A stretch of DNA of 63,601 bases, the filler included, from Octopus bimaculoides (lineage: Eukaryota), in NCBI RefSeq assembly GCF_001194135.2. It is 4 parts of 3 records of this genome, joined end to end, with 100 filler letters (N's around TTAATTAATTAA, not from the genome) between each part and the next. Parts side by side here need not be neighbours in the genome. Positions count along the whole stretch, not along the records: positions 1 to 30,145 come from NC_068981.1; 3 more parts are not named here. One strand, written 5' to 3'. The position numbers and the translations under genes are program-made. The number at the start of each line of letters is the position of its first letter. Positions within the stretch are counted from its first letter, which is position 1. The notes beneath the pieces are model-generated. The model searched no databases. It was not told the origin of the DNA and worked only from the letters and a program-made list of their open reading frames with translations. This document shows, in pieces, positions 1 through 11,833 of the stretch.

Positions 1-403
1 GCCAGTCGTCGAATTTAATTCAATTTCGATTTCACTTGCCTCAACAGGTCTTCGCAAGTGGAGTTTAGGGTCCAATGAAGGAAGGTACGCATAAGTGGAC
101 TGGCAGAGGCCTCGGATTATGGTCTCACTTGGCTTGCCGGGTCTTCTCACGCACAGCATATTTCCAAAGGTCTCGGTCAGAAGTCATCGCCTCGGTGAGG
201 CCCAATGTTCGAAGGTCTTGCCTCACCACCTCATCCCAGGTCTTCCTGGGCCTACCTCTTCAACAGGTTCCCTCAACTGCTAGGGTGTGGCATTTTTTCA
301 CACAGTTATCCGCATCCATTCTCGCTACATGACCATACCAGCGCAATCGTCTCTCTTGCACATCACCAACTGATGCTTCGTAAGTTCAACTTTTCTCTCG
401 AGG
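1..403 (-). mobile_element. RTE-clade LINE, 3' end of ORF plus start of 3' UTR (inactive), in PIGT intron 6
   Basis: Minus strand reads RLRWYGHVARMDADNCVKKCHTLAVEGTC*RGRPRKTWDEVVRQDLRTLGLTEAMTSDRDLWKYAVREKTRQAK*, the typical RTE C-terminus (LRWYGHV...RGRPRKTW). Internal stop at 260-262, terminal stop at 125-127. Confidence 0.88.
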
Positions 404-604
404 TACTAATTAATGTTTCCATATAGTTATATTTAAGCTCCCAACAGTCCATTCTGTTTTACAAATATGTTTATGTATTTTTAAGGATAACATGAAAGAC
501 CTTTCTATTGCACAAAGTTTTGAATTGAAAATGAAAAAAATATTAAAAGTAGAACATGTTTCAAATAAGGCATTAAATTTTTCTTGTTTTTATTCTATAC
601 TCAC

Positions 605-699
605 CTGTACACAATCTGCATCAATATAAATGTTGCTGTGTGAAGCAAGGGGGCATTGGTTTCTTAGTGACCGCCCAAAAAGTTTTCTTAATGACCAAT
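605..699 (-). CDS. PIGT: PIGT exon 6 (95 nt); the gene continues beyond the window start
   Basis: Acceptor ttcttttacaatcag|, donor CAG|gtgagt. Encodes NWSLRKLFGRSLRNQCPLASHSNIYIDADCVQ (PIG-T WSLxxxFxRxLxxxCPLASxSxxYxD), phase 1/0. No stop is reached and no further exon was found in 1-604. Confidence 0.93.
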
Positions 700-1597
700 C
701 TGATTGTAAAAGAAAGAATATAACTTTACTAATTTTACAAAACATTATAATTATCAATAATTTATTTTAAAATAGAAAAATTATAAGCAGTAATAAATGA
801 ACAGCTGAAATTTTTAGAGTAAAGTTCTGTAACTGTAGAAATAGAGAAAGTTAAATGCCATATTAGATACTATAGAATAGTTTGAGTGTATATAGTAGAT
901 ATACAAAAGTCCGGTGTATATATAGATATATGTAATAGTTTGATGCTTCCCATTTCTAAATTAAAATTTTGCCAGGTCTTTCAGAAAAAATATAATCACC
1001 AATAATACACAAAAGTTAAAACAGCTTTCTACATAGATTACAGTAACTATATTCCTTAAAGCAATCATAGCTAAATGTCATATAACGCCTACACATGGTA
1101 AAAGTATTATATCAGATGATATTCTGAACTACCCTACAGTATCTTCATGTTCTTTACCCGTCGTTTTCATCGCCTAGTAGTATATGAGTGATAAAATGAT
1201 GTTAGTGCATTGTTTGGTTCATGAGAAATTATAATGAAATTATTCACAGCACAAAAAGACTTAATTTACAAGAAATATTTGCAGACTGTAAAAGAAAGAT
1301 TCAAATTGTTTTTGTAAATCAACACATAACTATATTTCAAGACATTAATTTTGAAGCTTAAGTCTTGGAGTAATAAAGTGATAAATATTTTTATGCAATG
1401 AGACACATAAGCTTGAAGGATTAATTTCAATGTTTAGAAGTCAATTACAATTACATCCTAATGTCATATTATTGATGACATGCCATGTGAATATAGACTA
1501 GACTTTATTGTGAAATCAACAAATAGTTACTGAATTATGCCATAAACTTTTCTTCACGGGATATAAATAAAAATGTTCCTCTAATAAACATTAAGAT

Positions 1598-1925
1598 GCA
1601 TGGCTCAGAAGTTAGCATATTGGGCTTACAATAGTGAGGTTGTGAGTTTGATTCCCAGACTGGGCTGTGTGTTGTGTTCTTGAGCAAGACACTTTATTTC
1701 AAGTTGCTCCAGTTCACTCAGCTGTAGAAATGAGTTGTGCCAAGCTGTATTGGCATTTACTTTTCCCTCGGACAACATCGGTGGCATGGAGAGGGAAAGC
1801 TGGTATGCATGGGTAACTGGTGTTCTTCCATAAATAGTCTTGCCCAGACTTGTGCCTCGGAGGGAAACTTTCTAGGAGCAATTCCATGGTCATTCATGAC
1901 TGAAGGGGATGTTTATCTTTTACCC
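1598..1925 (+). mobile_element. tRNA-derived SINE with CORE-like domain
   Basis: A-box-like tggctcagaagtt, B-box-like gagtttgattccc, then gttcttgagcaagacactttatttcaagttgctccagttcactcagctgtagaaatgag (CORE-SINE-like). Related head at ~51640-51765. Confidence 0.7.
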
Positions 1926-2090
1926 GATCAACATTTAGATGTGAAATTTTACATGATAGATAATCTTTTCAAATTTCAATTTGTGACATTGACTAATTCC
2001 ATAATTCTTCATATTTCCCAAGATTTCATACCATATTGTACTTATTAAAATATTAGTACAAGAAAGAACAAAAATGATAAGCATACATAC

Positions 2091-2178
2091 TTTTATACCC
2101 ATTGTTTTTCATGGTAGGGTCAAATATAACAGATAAAGATTGAGTGAGTTCAACAGATGGATTCACACAAGATTCATC
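2091..2178 (-). CDS. PIGT: PIGT exon 5 (88 nt)
   Basis: Acceptor tttttttctatttcag|, donor A|gtatgt. Encodes DESCVNPSVELTQSLSVIFDPTMKNNGYK (PIG-T ELxQxLSVVFD), phase 0/1. Confidence 0.93.
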
Positions 2179-2290
2179 CTGAAATAGAAAAAAAGAGTTT
2201 AGTTTGTTCATTCGTTCATATTACATTCCATGCCAAGCAGTACTCATGTCAAAATTTAATTGAAAATGTATGTTTACACAAAAAAATATC

Positions 2291-2667
2291 GCAGGAGTGG
2301 TTGTATGGTAAGGAGCTTGCTTCCCAACCATGTCGTTTCAGGTTCAGTCCTACTGCATGGCACCTTGGGCAAGTGTCTTCTACTACAGCCTGAGGCCAAC
2401 CAAAGCCTTGTGAGTGGATTTGATAGACAGAAACTGAAAGAAGCCCATCATATACTTTTATGTATATATATCTATTTGTGTCTGTGTTTGTCCCCCCATT
2501 ACTGCTTGACAACCAGTGTTGGTGTGTTTACGTCACTCTAACTTGGGGGTTCAGCAGACGAGACCAATAGAATAAGTACTAGGCTTATTCATTCAACTAA
2601 AAATTCAAGGCGGTGCCCCAGCATGGCTGCAGTCTAATGACTGAAACAAGTACAAGATAAAAAAAAA
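2291..2667 (+). mobile_element. SINE family A (tRNA head, CORE-like ggcaccttgggcaagtgtcttct, internal microsatellite), near full length, in PIGT intron 4
   Basis: Same sequence recurs at ~3073-3290(+), 17483-18105(-), 21785-21950(-), 29746-29905(+), 35640-36752(-, gap inside), 46255-46480(-), 53495-53610(-), 54170-54320(-). Ends in an acaagtacaagataaaaaaaaa tail. Confidence 0.85.
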
Positions 2668-2688
2668 CTACTAGAGATAAATACTTAC

Positions 2689-2775
2689 ACGGCAAACAGA
2701 TCTCAGGTGAACACTTAAAGAATGGTAAGCAGTATCATATAACTTCATTGCATTAAAAAGAGATGCAAGTCCCAC
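2689..2775 (-). CDS. PIGT: PIGT exon 4 (87 nt)
   Basis: Acceptor tgtgttttccag|, donor CGT|gtaagt. Encodes VGLASLFNAMKLYDTAYHSLSVHLRSVCR, matching the PIG-T GLxxL...YHSxxVHxRxVCR block, phase 0/0. Confidence 0.95.
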
Positions 2776-2899
2776 CTGGAAAACACAGAAATAAATCAGA
2801 TGAATCACTGGAAAGATACCATGTTGTACTAAATTCCATAAATATATAAACTGTAAATATGTTTATTTAAAGTTTGAACTTTAATACAGGGAAAAGAAA

Positions 2900-3032
2900 C
2901 TCCAGTAAACTCAGCTGAAAACGAGTGGCACCTGTGGGTCAACCCTGCAATGGACTGGTATCTCATTCAATGAGGCAGTCTTGTACTCCCAGCCTAAATG
3001 CTTTGAAAATCTGGATAAGCTCCATGAGCCTG
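2900..3032 (+). mobile_element. Old SINE fragment: CORE-like end followed by a V/Meta-type conserved central domain
   Basis: ccctgcaatggactggtatctcattca...tactcccag...atgct..gaaa..ggataagctcc resembles the recalled conserved SINE domain CCCTGCGATGGACT(A/G)G..TACTCC.AG..ATGCT..GAAAC.GGATAAGCTCC. Assignment from memory only. Confidence 0.5.
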
Positions 3033-3518
3033 TAAATTAAGGCAGGCATTTTATATGTATTTCTTGTTTATATAGGAATAGCTCTGTGATTAAGAAGTTC
3101 ACTTTACAACTACATGGTTTCAAATTCAATCCCACCTTATGGTATCCTTGAACAAGTTTTTTTCTACTATAGCTGCAAGTGAATCAATGTCTTGTGTCTA
3201 AAATTTGGGAAATGAAAACTGCACTGAAACTTGTCTTCTTTACATGAGAGAGAGAGAGTATGCATTTGTCCCCATGCCTTTGCATTAACACTATTTGGGA
3301 AATAATGAAGTTTATTTATGCTCCACATAGATCATATCCAACAGCAGAGCAGTGTCATCATGTAAAGATCAATGGAATAAAATACCTTAAAAAACAGATA
3401 ATGTATGTCACCAAGAAGGGCATGTAACAATAGAATACTCCTTCAAAAAGTCTCTTCCAGCTCATGCCAGCTTGGAAAAAGCAGACAAAAAACAATGATG
3501 ATGTGTAAATATACTAAC

Positions 3519-3756
3519 CTTTGAATCACATGGAAGGAGCTTTTTCCAAGGTGTGAGATTCTCTGTACAAACAACTTCCCTTGGCAAAGCTGAATAACGC
3601 AGTAGTTTTACATCTTTAGCAAAGCCTTCCCCTTGCAAACCATGTGGTCGAAAAGACCAGTTGGGATTGACAGTAGATTTTGCATCCATAAAATTGAGAG
3701 ATGCACAAAAGAGACCAGAGAGGGCATTTACAAGCTCTGCCCAACTAACTTTAACA
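3519..3756 (-). CDS. PIGT: PIGT exon 3 (238 nt), containing the [11 protein letters not shown] motif
   Basis: Acceptor tttttttctctag|, donor AAG|gttagt. Encodes [79 protein letters not shown]. Cys186 corresponds to the PIG-T cysteine (human C182) that disulfide-links to PIG-K/GPI8. Confidence 0.97.
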
Positions 3757-4769
3757 CTAGAGAAAAAAACAGAAAATTGGAAACCTCATTTAGTACAAAC
3801 AAAATATGTTTGTTTATTTACAATGACATTAACATCCGTTTATTATAACTAGGCATTAGGATAATTTATATATATATATAAGGAAGGAACACAACTGATT
3901 TAACCAACCCTAGCTTATCACTGCTACTTACAATGGCTAAAGCTGAAGTCAATCTTAAAGAGACTTGAACACAGAACAGTGACGTTATTCTAACTTATTT
4001 CATTCAATTGTCTGTGCTTTTTATTATTTTTCATCTCATCTAAATTAATTTCTTACTTAGACAAAAGACCAGAAGTAAACCAAGAGAGAAACAAGTTAAT
4101 GTGATGTGACATTCATGCCTTCTTCAAGAATGCTGACAATAGAAGTGAAGTAAATTGTCTTCAATCAAAAATCAAATATATCCTATGAATTTGGCATACC
4201 AAAAGTAAACACCTGTTCAGTGATACTTACTACACCACTGAGTTTTTTAATTTCAACACACAAGCACACAGATTTAAAGAAGGGATATAATCAATTGTAT
4301 CAGTCTCAATATATTACATACTAGCTGAGGTACCCAGTAATAAATCAGATGTCTGTTTATAGCCATGAAACATTTTTCATCAAATTTCAATATTTTTCAA
4401 AAATTTTAAATCTATATTAATGGGTAGGATCAATTTGACAAAAAAATGAGCAGTCTGGTAGCAAATCCATGTCGTCATTTTTGTGCATGCGTGTAAAATT
4501 GCAAAATTTTACCACAGAGAGGATGTAATTTACAACTTGTTCTTATTTTAGTAATGCCAGCAAGACAAAGTTGAATATGGCAGATTTAAACCTCAAAAAC
4601 ATTCTTTTGATCATTTACCATTTCTGCCATTCTACTGGTTTCTATTAATTAATATCAGCACCTAAAATTAATGCAGAATTTTCTATGAATTTAGCTTATA
4701 AATTTTAGATCTTCATTTCTTAAATACAACATAAGATGTTTTCAAGGAACAATAATAATTATTAACTAC

Positions 4770-4947
4770 CTTTTAACAGAAGGCAAAAACCAAACCCAAA
4801 GCTCTGCTCCTGGTGGTGCATCATGGATTGGATAGCCCCATTTATCATGTCTCCATATTCCTTGTGTTAGAGACAAATGTAACTCTTGAACATCATGTGC
4901 AGATACAATGTCTCCTAAAGATTTTGGAAACAACCGATACTGATTGA
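4770..4947 (-). CDS. PIGT: PIGT exon 2 (178 nt)
   Basis: Acceptor ttctttgtttcag|, donor AG|gtagtt. In frame with exon 1: FNQYRLFPKSLGDIVSAHDVQELHLSLTQGIWRHDKWGYPIHDAPPGAELWVWFLPSVKS (PIG-T YRLFPKxLG, ELHLSxTQG, APxGAELWVWF motifs). Absent from the ORF track. Confidence 0.96.
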
Positions 4948-6000
4948 CTGAAACAAAGAAAATTAAAAATGGTTTTACTTAACATAAACAACAATTTGAT
5001 TAATTATTACATTATGAGCATATAAAAAAAAAAAACACGTCTTTCACATATACTATCATCATTTTTACTTCAGATTCTTTTCAATGTTGGAATCAGTTGG
5101 ACAAAATATCTTAAGGTAGTATTATATGACCAGATACCTCTCTTAACCAACCCTAATTTATTTTCAAGGAAGGTACTTTGTACTTAATTCCATGTTTTTG
5201 TACATTGAACAAGTATTAGACATTTTGTTCCCATGGGACACAAACCATCTCAATGCTAGCTAAAGCGATAGCAATGCAAAAACACATGTAAACAAATGCA
5301 CACACACACATGCATACATATATGATAGGTTTTCCATACAGTTGCCCTCTACTGTTTTCACAAACAAGACATTGGTTAGACTGAGCCCAATATCAAAGAA
5401 AATTACTTAAAGTGCAATGCAGTAGGATCAAACCAAAACCACATGGTTGCAGTGTGAATTTCTGATTCGTACAGCTATACTTGCACACCCAAAGACACTG
5501 GCATGGCTGTGTAATTAAGAAGCTCACTTAACTACATGAAATATTACCTTGCATGGAAACAGGTGGCTGTTGGTGACATGAAGGGCATCCAACTCCAGAA
5601 AATCTGCATTAATGAATTCCATTTGATCCATGCAAGCATGGAAAAGTGGACCATTGACTGATACAGTCACTAGACTGCAGTCATGCTAGGAGTACGGACT
5701 TCAAGAGTATAGTTAATCATACTGAATCCAGAACTATGTCACTGAGAAGCAACTCCTTGACCACACAGCTATGCCTGTATCTATATGTATGTAGGATGTT
5801 TATGATCATCATTAGTTTATATCTGCTTTTTATGCTGGTATGAATTGGAAAGGTTGTCTTACTGGTAGTCAACATATATTCAAAGGTGCTGCTCACCTAA
5901 ATGGGCCAGAGGGTTTCTATGGTTGGAAATTCTTCCTAACACCAACCACTTTACAGAGTACTGAGTGCATCTTTTCATGACATCCACCATAAGAGTTGTC

Positions 6001-6160
6001 ATATCATCATCATCGTTTAACGTCCGCTTTCCATGCTAGCATGGGTTGGCCGATTTGACTGAGGACTGGCAAACCAGCTGGCTACACCAGGCTCCAATCT
6101 GATTTGGCAGAGTTTCTACAGCTGGATGCCCTTCCTAATGCCAACCACTCCAAGAGTGCT
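6001..6160 (-). mobile_element. RTE-type 3' tail repeat (family E) ending in (GAT)n
   Basis: catcatcatcgtttaacgtccgctttccatgctagcatgggttgg...ctggatgcccttcctaatgccaaccact. Many related copies listed below. Confidence 0.85.
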
Positions 6161-6789
6161 AAAACCAAAGATTTCTCTAAAACCCAGGTACCAATACAAG
6201 AGAGTAGCTATGTTCTTGACAAGATTAAAAGGATTCTCTCAACCCCATATCTCTGCTTACTTGCTAACCATTTTACAGAGTGAGAGGCATGAGTGATAAA
6301 TGTATGAATGATAATGACAGATGGTAAAAGAATCATATGATAGAAGGATGAGTGATAAATGCACTCGTTATTCCAAGACATGTACATACATTTAAAGTAA
6401 TGTAATCAACAGAACAGAGCAACAACAGAAGACAATATGAATCAGAAGATAGAGCAATAATAGAGCATGCATAGTGAAAAGGAGCAAAAGCATGATGGCA
6501 GAGTGAAACAGACTTATGACTGGCAGTGAAGGTAGAGTGTACTGGACACAATATATGAAGTGGAGAGGTTTAATGAAGATGGTAGCAGGGGACTGAAAGT
6601 AGGTGGATTCTGTACCAATGAATAGCACAAATGATAGAGGAGCAAATAGTAGAGATAAAGGTGACAGAAAAAGAATGATAGGGAGCTGGCAGGGTGTCAA
6701 TGTGTGGGGAAGGCAACAATAGTAGACTTGGCAGTATATTAGCATATACACCCACAATCCCAAACATAAATATGCATGTATATATATAT

Positions 6790-6990
6790 TAAAGTTTCTT
6801 GGTCTACAACACTACTACCATCTCTATGACTTTTTGATATGCCATGTTTGCACTGCTGGTTAAGTTTATCTGCAGTTGAGTCCTTTCCAATACTGCAAAT
6901 TGCTTGTCAATATAGTCCCATGTCATCTCCTCTGTGAGACGCAACATCTTGAGGTTGTCTTCACCACTTCACTCCAAGTCTGCATGTGTA
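6790..6990 (-). mobile_element. Degenerate RTE LINE C-terminal fragment
   Basis: Minus strand gives TWSEVVK...LKMLRLTEEMTWD with frameshifts, homologous to the TWDEVVRQDLRTLGLTEAMTSD block at 1-403. Confidence 0.55.
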
Positions 6991-7489
6991 TCATAAACAT
7001 ACATATGCTATTTATATACACACAAAATAATACCAAGAAACATAGGTAATTTTGTTTTAATTTATCGTAATACATTAACATGATTTATATTTATTGAAAA
7101 AGCAACCAGCTGAGCTCTTTTTAAAGACTGGTTATAAATGAGATAATAAAAATTGACAGCACAGAACCAGTATATTGGTAAAAACCTGTAGGCTGTAAGA
7201 GAATCAATAATTTGACATATAATTATATCAAAACAGGAACAGTATATGAAACTAATTAATTGCTTAATGTTACATGAAGCAACTATAACTACAGTCAGCT
7301 TAGTATATTAAAAATATATTTACTATTCATAAAATTAGGCATTTAGCATGTATCTGATATTTGTCCTGTTGATTATTTATTTTCACACTCCAGCAGCAAC
7401 AGCAGCACTTTCCTTTCCACGATCTAAATGCCACTTAAGCTCTGAAAGAATTTAAAGGCTCATACTTGGTGCCAGAATCATTTTATTCC

Positions 7490-7648
7490 ATCATCATCAT
7501 TTAATGTCCGTTTTCCATGCTGGCATGGGTTGGACACTTTGATAGGAGCTGGCCAGCTGGAGAGCTGCTCAGGTTCCAACTGGCTAGTTTGGCACGATTT
7601 TTATGGCTGGATGCCTTTCCTAATTGCCAATGACTTCACAGAGTGCAC
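7490..7648 (-). mobile_element. RTE-type 3' tail repeat (family E), truncated by assembly gap
   Basis: catcatcatcatttaatgtccgttttccatgctggcatgggttgg...ggctggatgcctttcctaattgccaa. Confidence 0.8.
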
Positions 7649-10600
7649 NNNNNNNNNNNNNNNNNNNNNNNNNNNNNNNNNNNNNNNNNNNNNNNNNNNN
7701 NNNNNNNNNNNNNNNNNNNNNNNNNNNNNNNNNNNNNNNNNNNNNNNNNNNNNNNNNNNNNNNNNNNNNNNNNNNNNNNNNNNNNNNNNNNNNNNNNNNN
7801 NNNNNNNNNNNNNNNNNNNNNNNNNNNNNNNNNNNNNNNNNNNNNNNNNNNNNNNNNNNNNNNNNNNNNNNNNNNNNNNNNNNNNNNNNNNNNNNNNNNN
7901 NNNNNNNNNNNNNNNNNNNNNNNNNNNNNNNNNNNNNNNNNNNNNNNNNNNNNNNNNNNNNNNNNNNNNNNNNNNNNNNNNNNNNNNNNNNNNNNNNNNN
8001 NNNNNNNNNNNNNNNNNNNNNNNNNNNNNNNNNNNNNNNNNNNNNNNNNNNNNNNNNNNNNNNNNNNNNNNNNNNNNNNNNNNNNNNNNNNNNNNNNNNN
8101 NNNNNNNNNNNNNNNNNNNNNNNNNNNNNNNNNNNNNNNNNNNNNNNNNNNNNNNNNNNNNNNNNNNNNNNNNNTATGTATAGACAGCTGTCTTCTCAAG
8201 CACAGCACACTGCCAGCAGTCTTAGTCTCTAAAACAGAAAAGTTGAAGGCTGTCCATGGGATTCAGACTAAAAATTTTAGTGTATTCATTGGTGAAATTG
8301 CCATGTGGTCTGGACCTATTCCTACCAGTTAGTTACTCTGAAGGACATCGAATTAGGTGTAGCGCTCAAGTCCACAGCAAAACATCTGTAGTGCAATTAA
8401 GCTTAAGATCAATGAGCTGATCATCCAATACCACCAGGAAGACCCAAAATGTATCGAGTAAACACCAAGTAAGTGCTATGGATAGACCATGGTTAAGCTC
8501 CAGGCTCAATAATGATACGAGTGAGGAATCCAACGTGGGTCATGTATTAAGCATGCATATATAAATTGACAGAATGAGATAAAAAAAAAAACCAAGGCAG
8601 TCAAGAGATTTCATAACATTTATCAAGAAAAGTTCATACAGCTGTTTCCGGGATATTTTATATATCCCTTCATCAGAGACGGTGCGAGAAAATGTTTGAG
8701 TATTAATTATTGTAGAGAAGATATGAAATACAGAGGGAAGTAAGACAATGAATATAGAAGTAAGAGACATAAGGATATTGTATTTGCAATTCTATTATTC
8801 AAGTAGAATGGTTTATATAAAAGGTGAAAAAAATTATTTTTTTGGGTGAAGAAATTTTCTTGTACCTGGTGAGTTGCGACGGTGGTTATATTTGGTCATT
8901 CCAAGCATAGAGCCTTGTAAACAGTGTTGGNNNNNNNNNNNNNNNNNNNNNNNNNNNNNNNNNNNNNNNNNNNNNNNNNNNNNNNNNNNNNNNNNNNNNN
9001 NNNNNNNNNNNNNNNNNNNNNNNNNNNNNNCTACTACACTATTTTTTTTCAATTTTTCCACCGGGTGTGGATCTATATAAAAACCGATAATTGTTCAGTT
9101 GTATGTATATTGAGGCGAATATTTAGGGTATTATTTTTTTTTACTCCAGAGAGATCTAAATCTGAAACACAACTTAATTTTGAAGTATACCAATGCATAT
9201 ATAATTCGGTGATGAGGTTATAATAAAACCACATGCCAAGACTTGTCTCCCATACTTGCAAAACAATTACTATGTTATTAATCATTGACTAAAGGTGTTT
9301 TTTCATTGCTACATAATTAATTTCCAGTTGGCCTTTTTCCATACAATTTGCATTAGTCCCTATGACCCTTTTCAGGACCTCCGAAAGCGTTGTGAGAATG
9401 GAAGATAACCCTTAAGCTAATAACCCGAATGCTTGTAACAGAATGAACTCCGATAGGTGACAGATTGTCTAATCACTAACATGCTAATAAAAGTAAATAA
9501 CGAAATCGAATTATAGGCATTTATAGCAAAAAAATAATGGATTTCATCCCCAGATATATTCATATCTACATTACGGTTTAATCTCTGATCGTCGTCATGT
9601 CATATATCCCCAATTTGAGCTATTACAGTCAGACAGAACCGATCGAAATGCATTATAGATATATTTACATCTACAATGCGTTTCGGTCTGTTTTATGGTA
9701 ATATATATATATACACACATATATATNNNNNNNNNNNNNNNNNNNNNNNNNNNNNNNNNNNNNNNNNNNNNNNNNNNNNNNNNNNNNNNNNNNNNNNNNN
9801 NNNNNNNNNNNNNNNNNNNNNNNNNNNNNNNNNNNNNNNNNNNNNNNNNNNNNNNNNNNNNNNNNNNNNNNNNNNNNNNNNNNNNNNNNNNNNNNNNNNN
9901 NNNNNNNNNNNNNNNNNNNNNNNNNNNNNNNNNNNNNNNNNNNNNNNNNNNNNNNNNNNNNNNNNNNNNNNNNNNNNNNNNNNNNNNNNNNNNNNNNNNN
10001 NNNNNNNNNNNNNNNNNNNNNNNNNNNNNNNNNNNNNNNNNNNNNNNNNNNNNNNNNNNNNNNNNNNNNNNNNNNNNNNNNNNNNNNNNNNNNNNNNNNN
10101 NNNNNNNNNNNNNNNNNNNNNNNNNNNNNNNNNNNNNNNNNNNNNNNNNNNNNNNNNNNNNNNNNNNNNNNNNNNNNNNNNNNNNNNNNNNNNNNNNNNN
10201 NNNNNNNNNNNNNNNNNNNNNNNNNNNNNNNNNNNNNNNNNNNNNNNNNNNNNNNNNNNNNNNNNNNNNNNNNNNNNNNNNNNNNNNNNNNNNNNNNNNN
10301 NNNNNNNNNNNNNNNNNNNNNNNNNNNNNNNNNNNNNNNNNNNNNNNNNNNNNNNNNNNNNNNNNNNNNNNNNNNNNNNNNNNNNNNNNNNNNNNNNNNN
10401 NNNNNNNNNNNNNNNNNNNNNNNNNNNNNNNNNNNNNNNNNNNNNNNNNNNNNNNNNNNNNNNNNNNNNNNNNNNNNNNNNNNNNNNNNNNNNNNNNNNN
10501 NNNNNNNNNNNNNNNNNNNNNNNNNNGAAGTAATTTTTTTAAATGTAAGAAATCATTATTGAAATATTGATTATACAGCCATCAAGAATTGAAGTCTCTA

Positions 10601-10976
10601 TAAAGCCGGAAAACATGAGATTAAGATGCCGGCTGCAAACGCATCGCATAAATAACAATTACACCAGTAGTCCGCTGCAGGAATATATATATATATATAT
10701 ATATTTAATTCAGTAATTTCTGATTTATTTTACCAATTGACTAGAAAATGAAAGCATTATGCTTTGTGAGTGATATCATTTGAGAAAACGAATTGATCTT
10801 TTGACTAGGTTACAAGGACAATTTTTATATAGGGATAACTACATAAATTGCTTCTGAATTGTAATTCATAACAGTGAATGATGAAAGCAGTAAATTAAAT
10901 GCATAAATTCCAACGCTCATCGCCTAAATAATGGAATAATAGAAATGCAAAACAAATGGTATAAATATATACTTAC

Positions 10977-11166
10977 ACTCGCTTTTATTCCGAATGTCTA
11001 CATCCCAACGAGTAATAAATTGGAAATTAAAATATACATGACCACTAGGTAATGTTTTTATAAAGAGTTCTTCGGAAAATTTGTCTTCTGCAGCAGTTAC
11101 TGCGGTAATAATAAATAATAAGCAAGTAAGTGAAAGGCAGACGACATTATGTCGACAAACATCCAT
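10977..11166 (-). CDS. PIGT: PIGT exon 1 (190 nt coding): signal peptide and N-terminus of GPI transamidase component PIG-T
   Basis: ATG at 11166-11164 in context gacATGG. Translates MDVCRHNVVCLSLTCLLFIITAVTAAEDKFSEELFIKTLPSGHVYFNFQFITRWDVDIRNKSE, resembling PIG-T EELxIxPLPSGxVxxxFQFxTRW. Donor T|GTAAGT at 10977/10976, phase 1. Confidence 0.95.
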
Positions 11167-11501
11167 GTCTAAGCAACTAATCGGAACAAATACTAAATAT
11201 AATAAGGAGTGAATATGAATGCAATTGTTTTTGTTTTTGTTTTTTTTTCAAAATATACTGAGCTAAAAACTGTTCTTATACTGATAAAGATTAATATTGA
11301 AAGAAAATTATTTTATTTTATTTATGTGAAAAAAGACGTTTTAATAAAAAAATATAATTTTAAACTCACACATATGTGAGTGTGTGTGTGTTTGTACTTT
11401 ATTAAAAGCAGCAGAAATATCACAAAGACTGTTACACAGTTTCACGTTCCCGTTCGTCTGACAGTTTTGTTAGAAAGGTACAGAAATTACGATATATATA
11501 T

Positions 11502-11532
<31 letters not shown>

Positions 11533-11833
11533 GGGAAAGAAAGAAAGAGAGAGAACGGGAGGAAAGATGATTGTTCAGCAGCAAATAATGAGAGAAAGAG
11601 GTAGGGAAGACAAATAATAGGCGGTCCGATTCATTTTAGTAATATTTAATCAGATTTAAGATAATTTACAGATTGCATGAATTGGTAGGGATTAGGGTTA
11701 ATGTTGACATTATTACCCGGAAACGAAATCGCAAAAAAAAAAAAAAAAGCGGAACGGGTGTAAAAAAAAAAAAAAAGGTGTAGGAAAAGGAATATGAAAA
11801 CAAAAATTCTTGGAAAGCAACGGGGGCGGGGTG

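Noticed and set aside
8330-8400. TLKDIELGVALKS resembling Gypsy RNase H (TDASDIGLGAVLSQ)
   Set aside because: Too short and degenerate; flanking frames give no supporting motifs.
3462-11166. ORFs 3462..3689 and 10924..11166 as standalone genes
   Set aside because: They are PIGT exons 3 and 1 read through into introns; splice sites explain their real limits.
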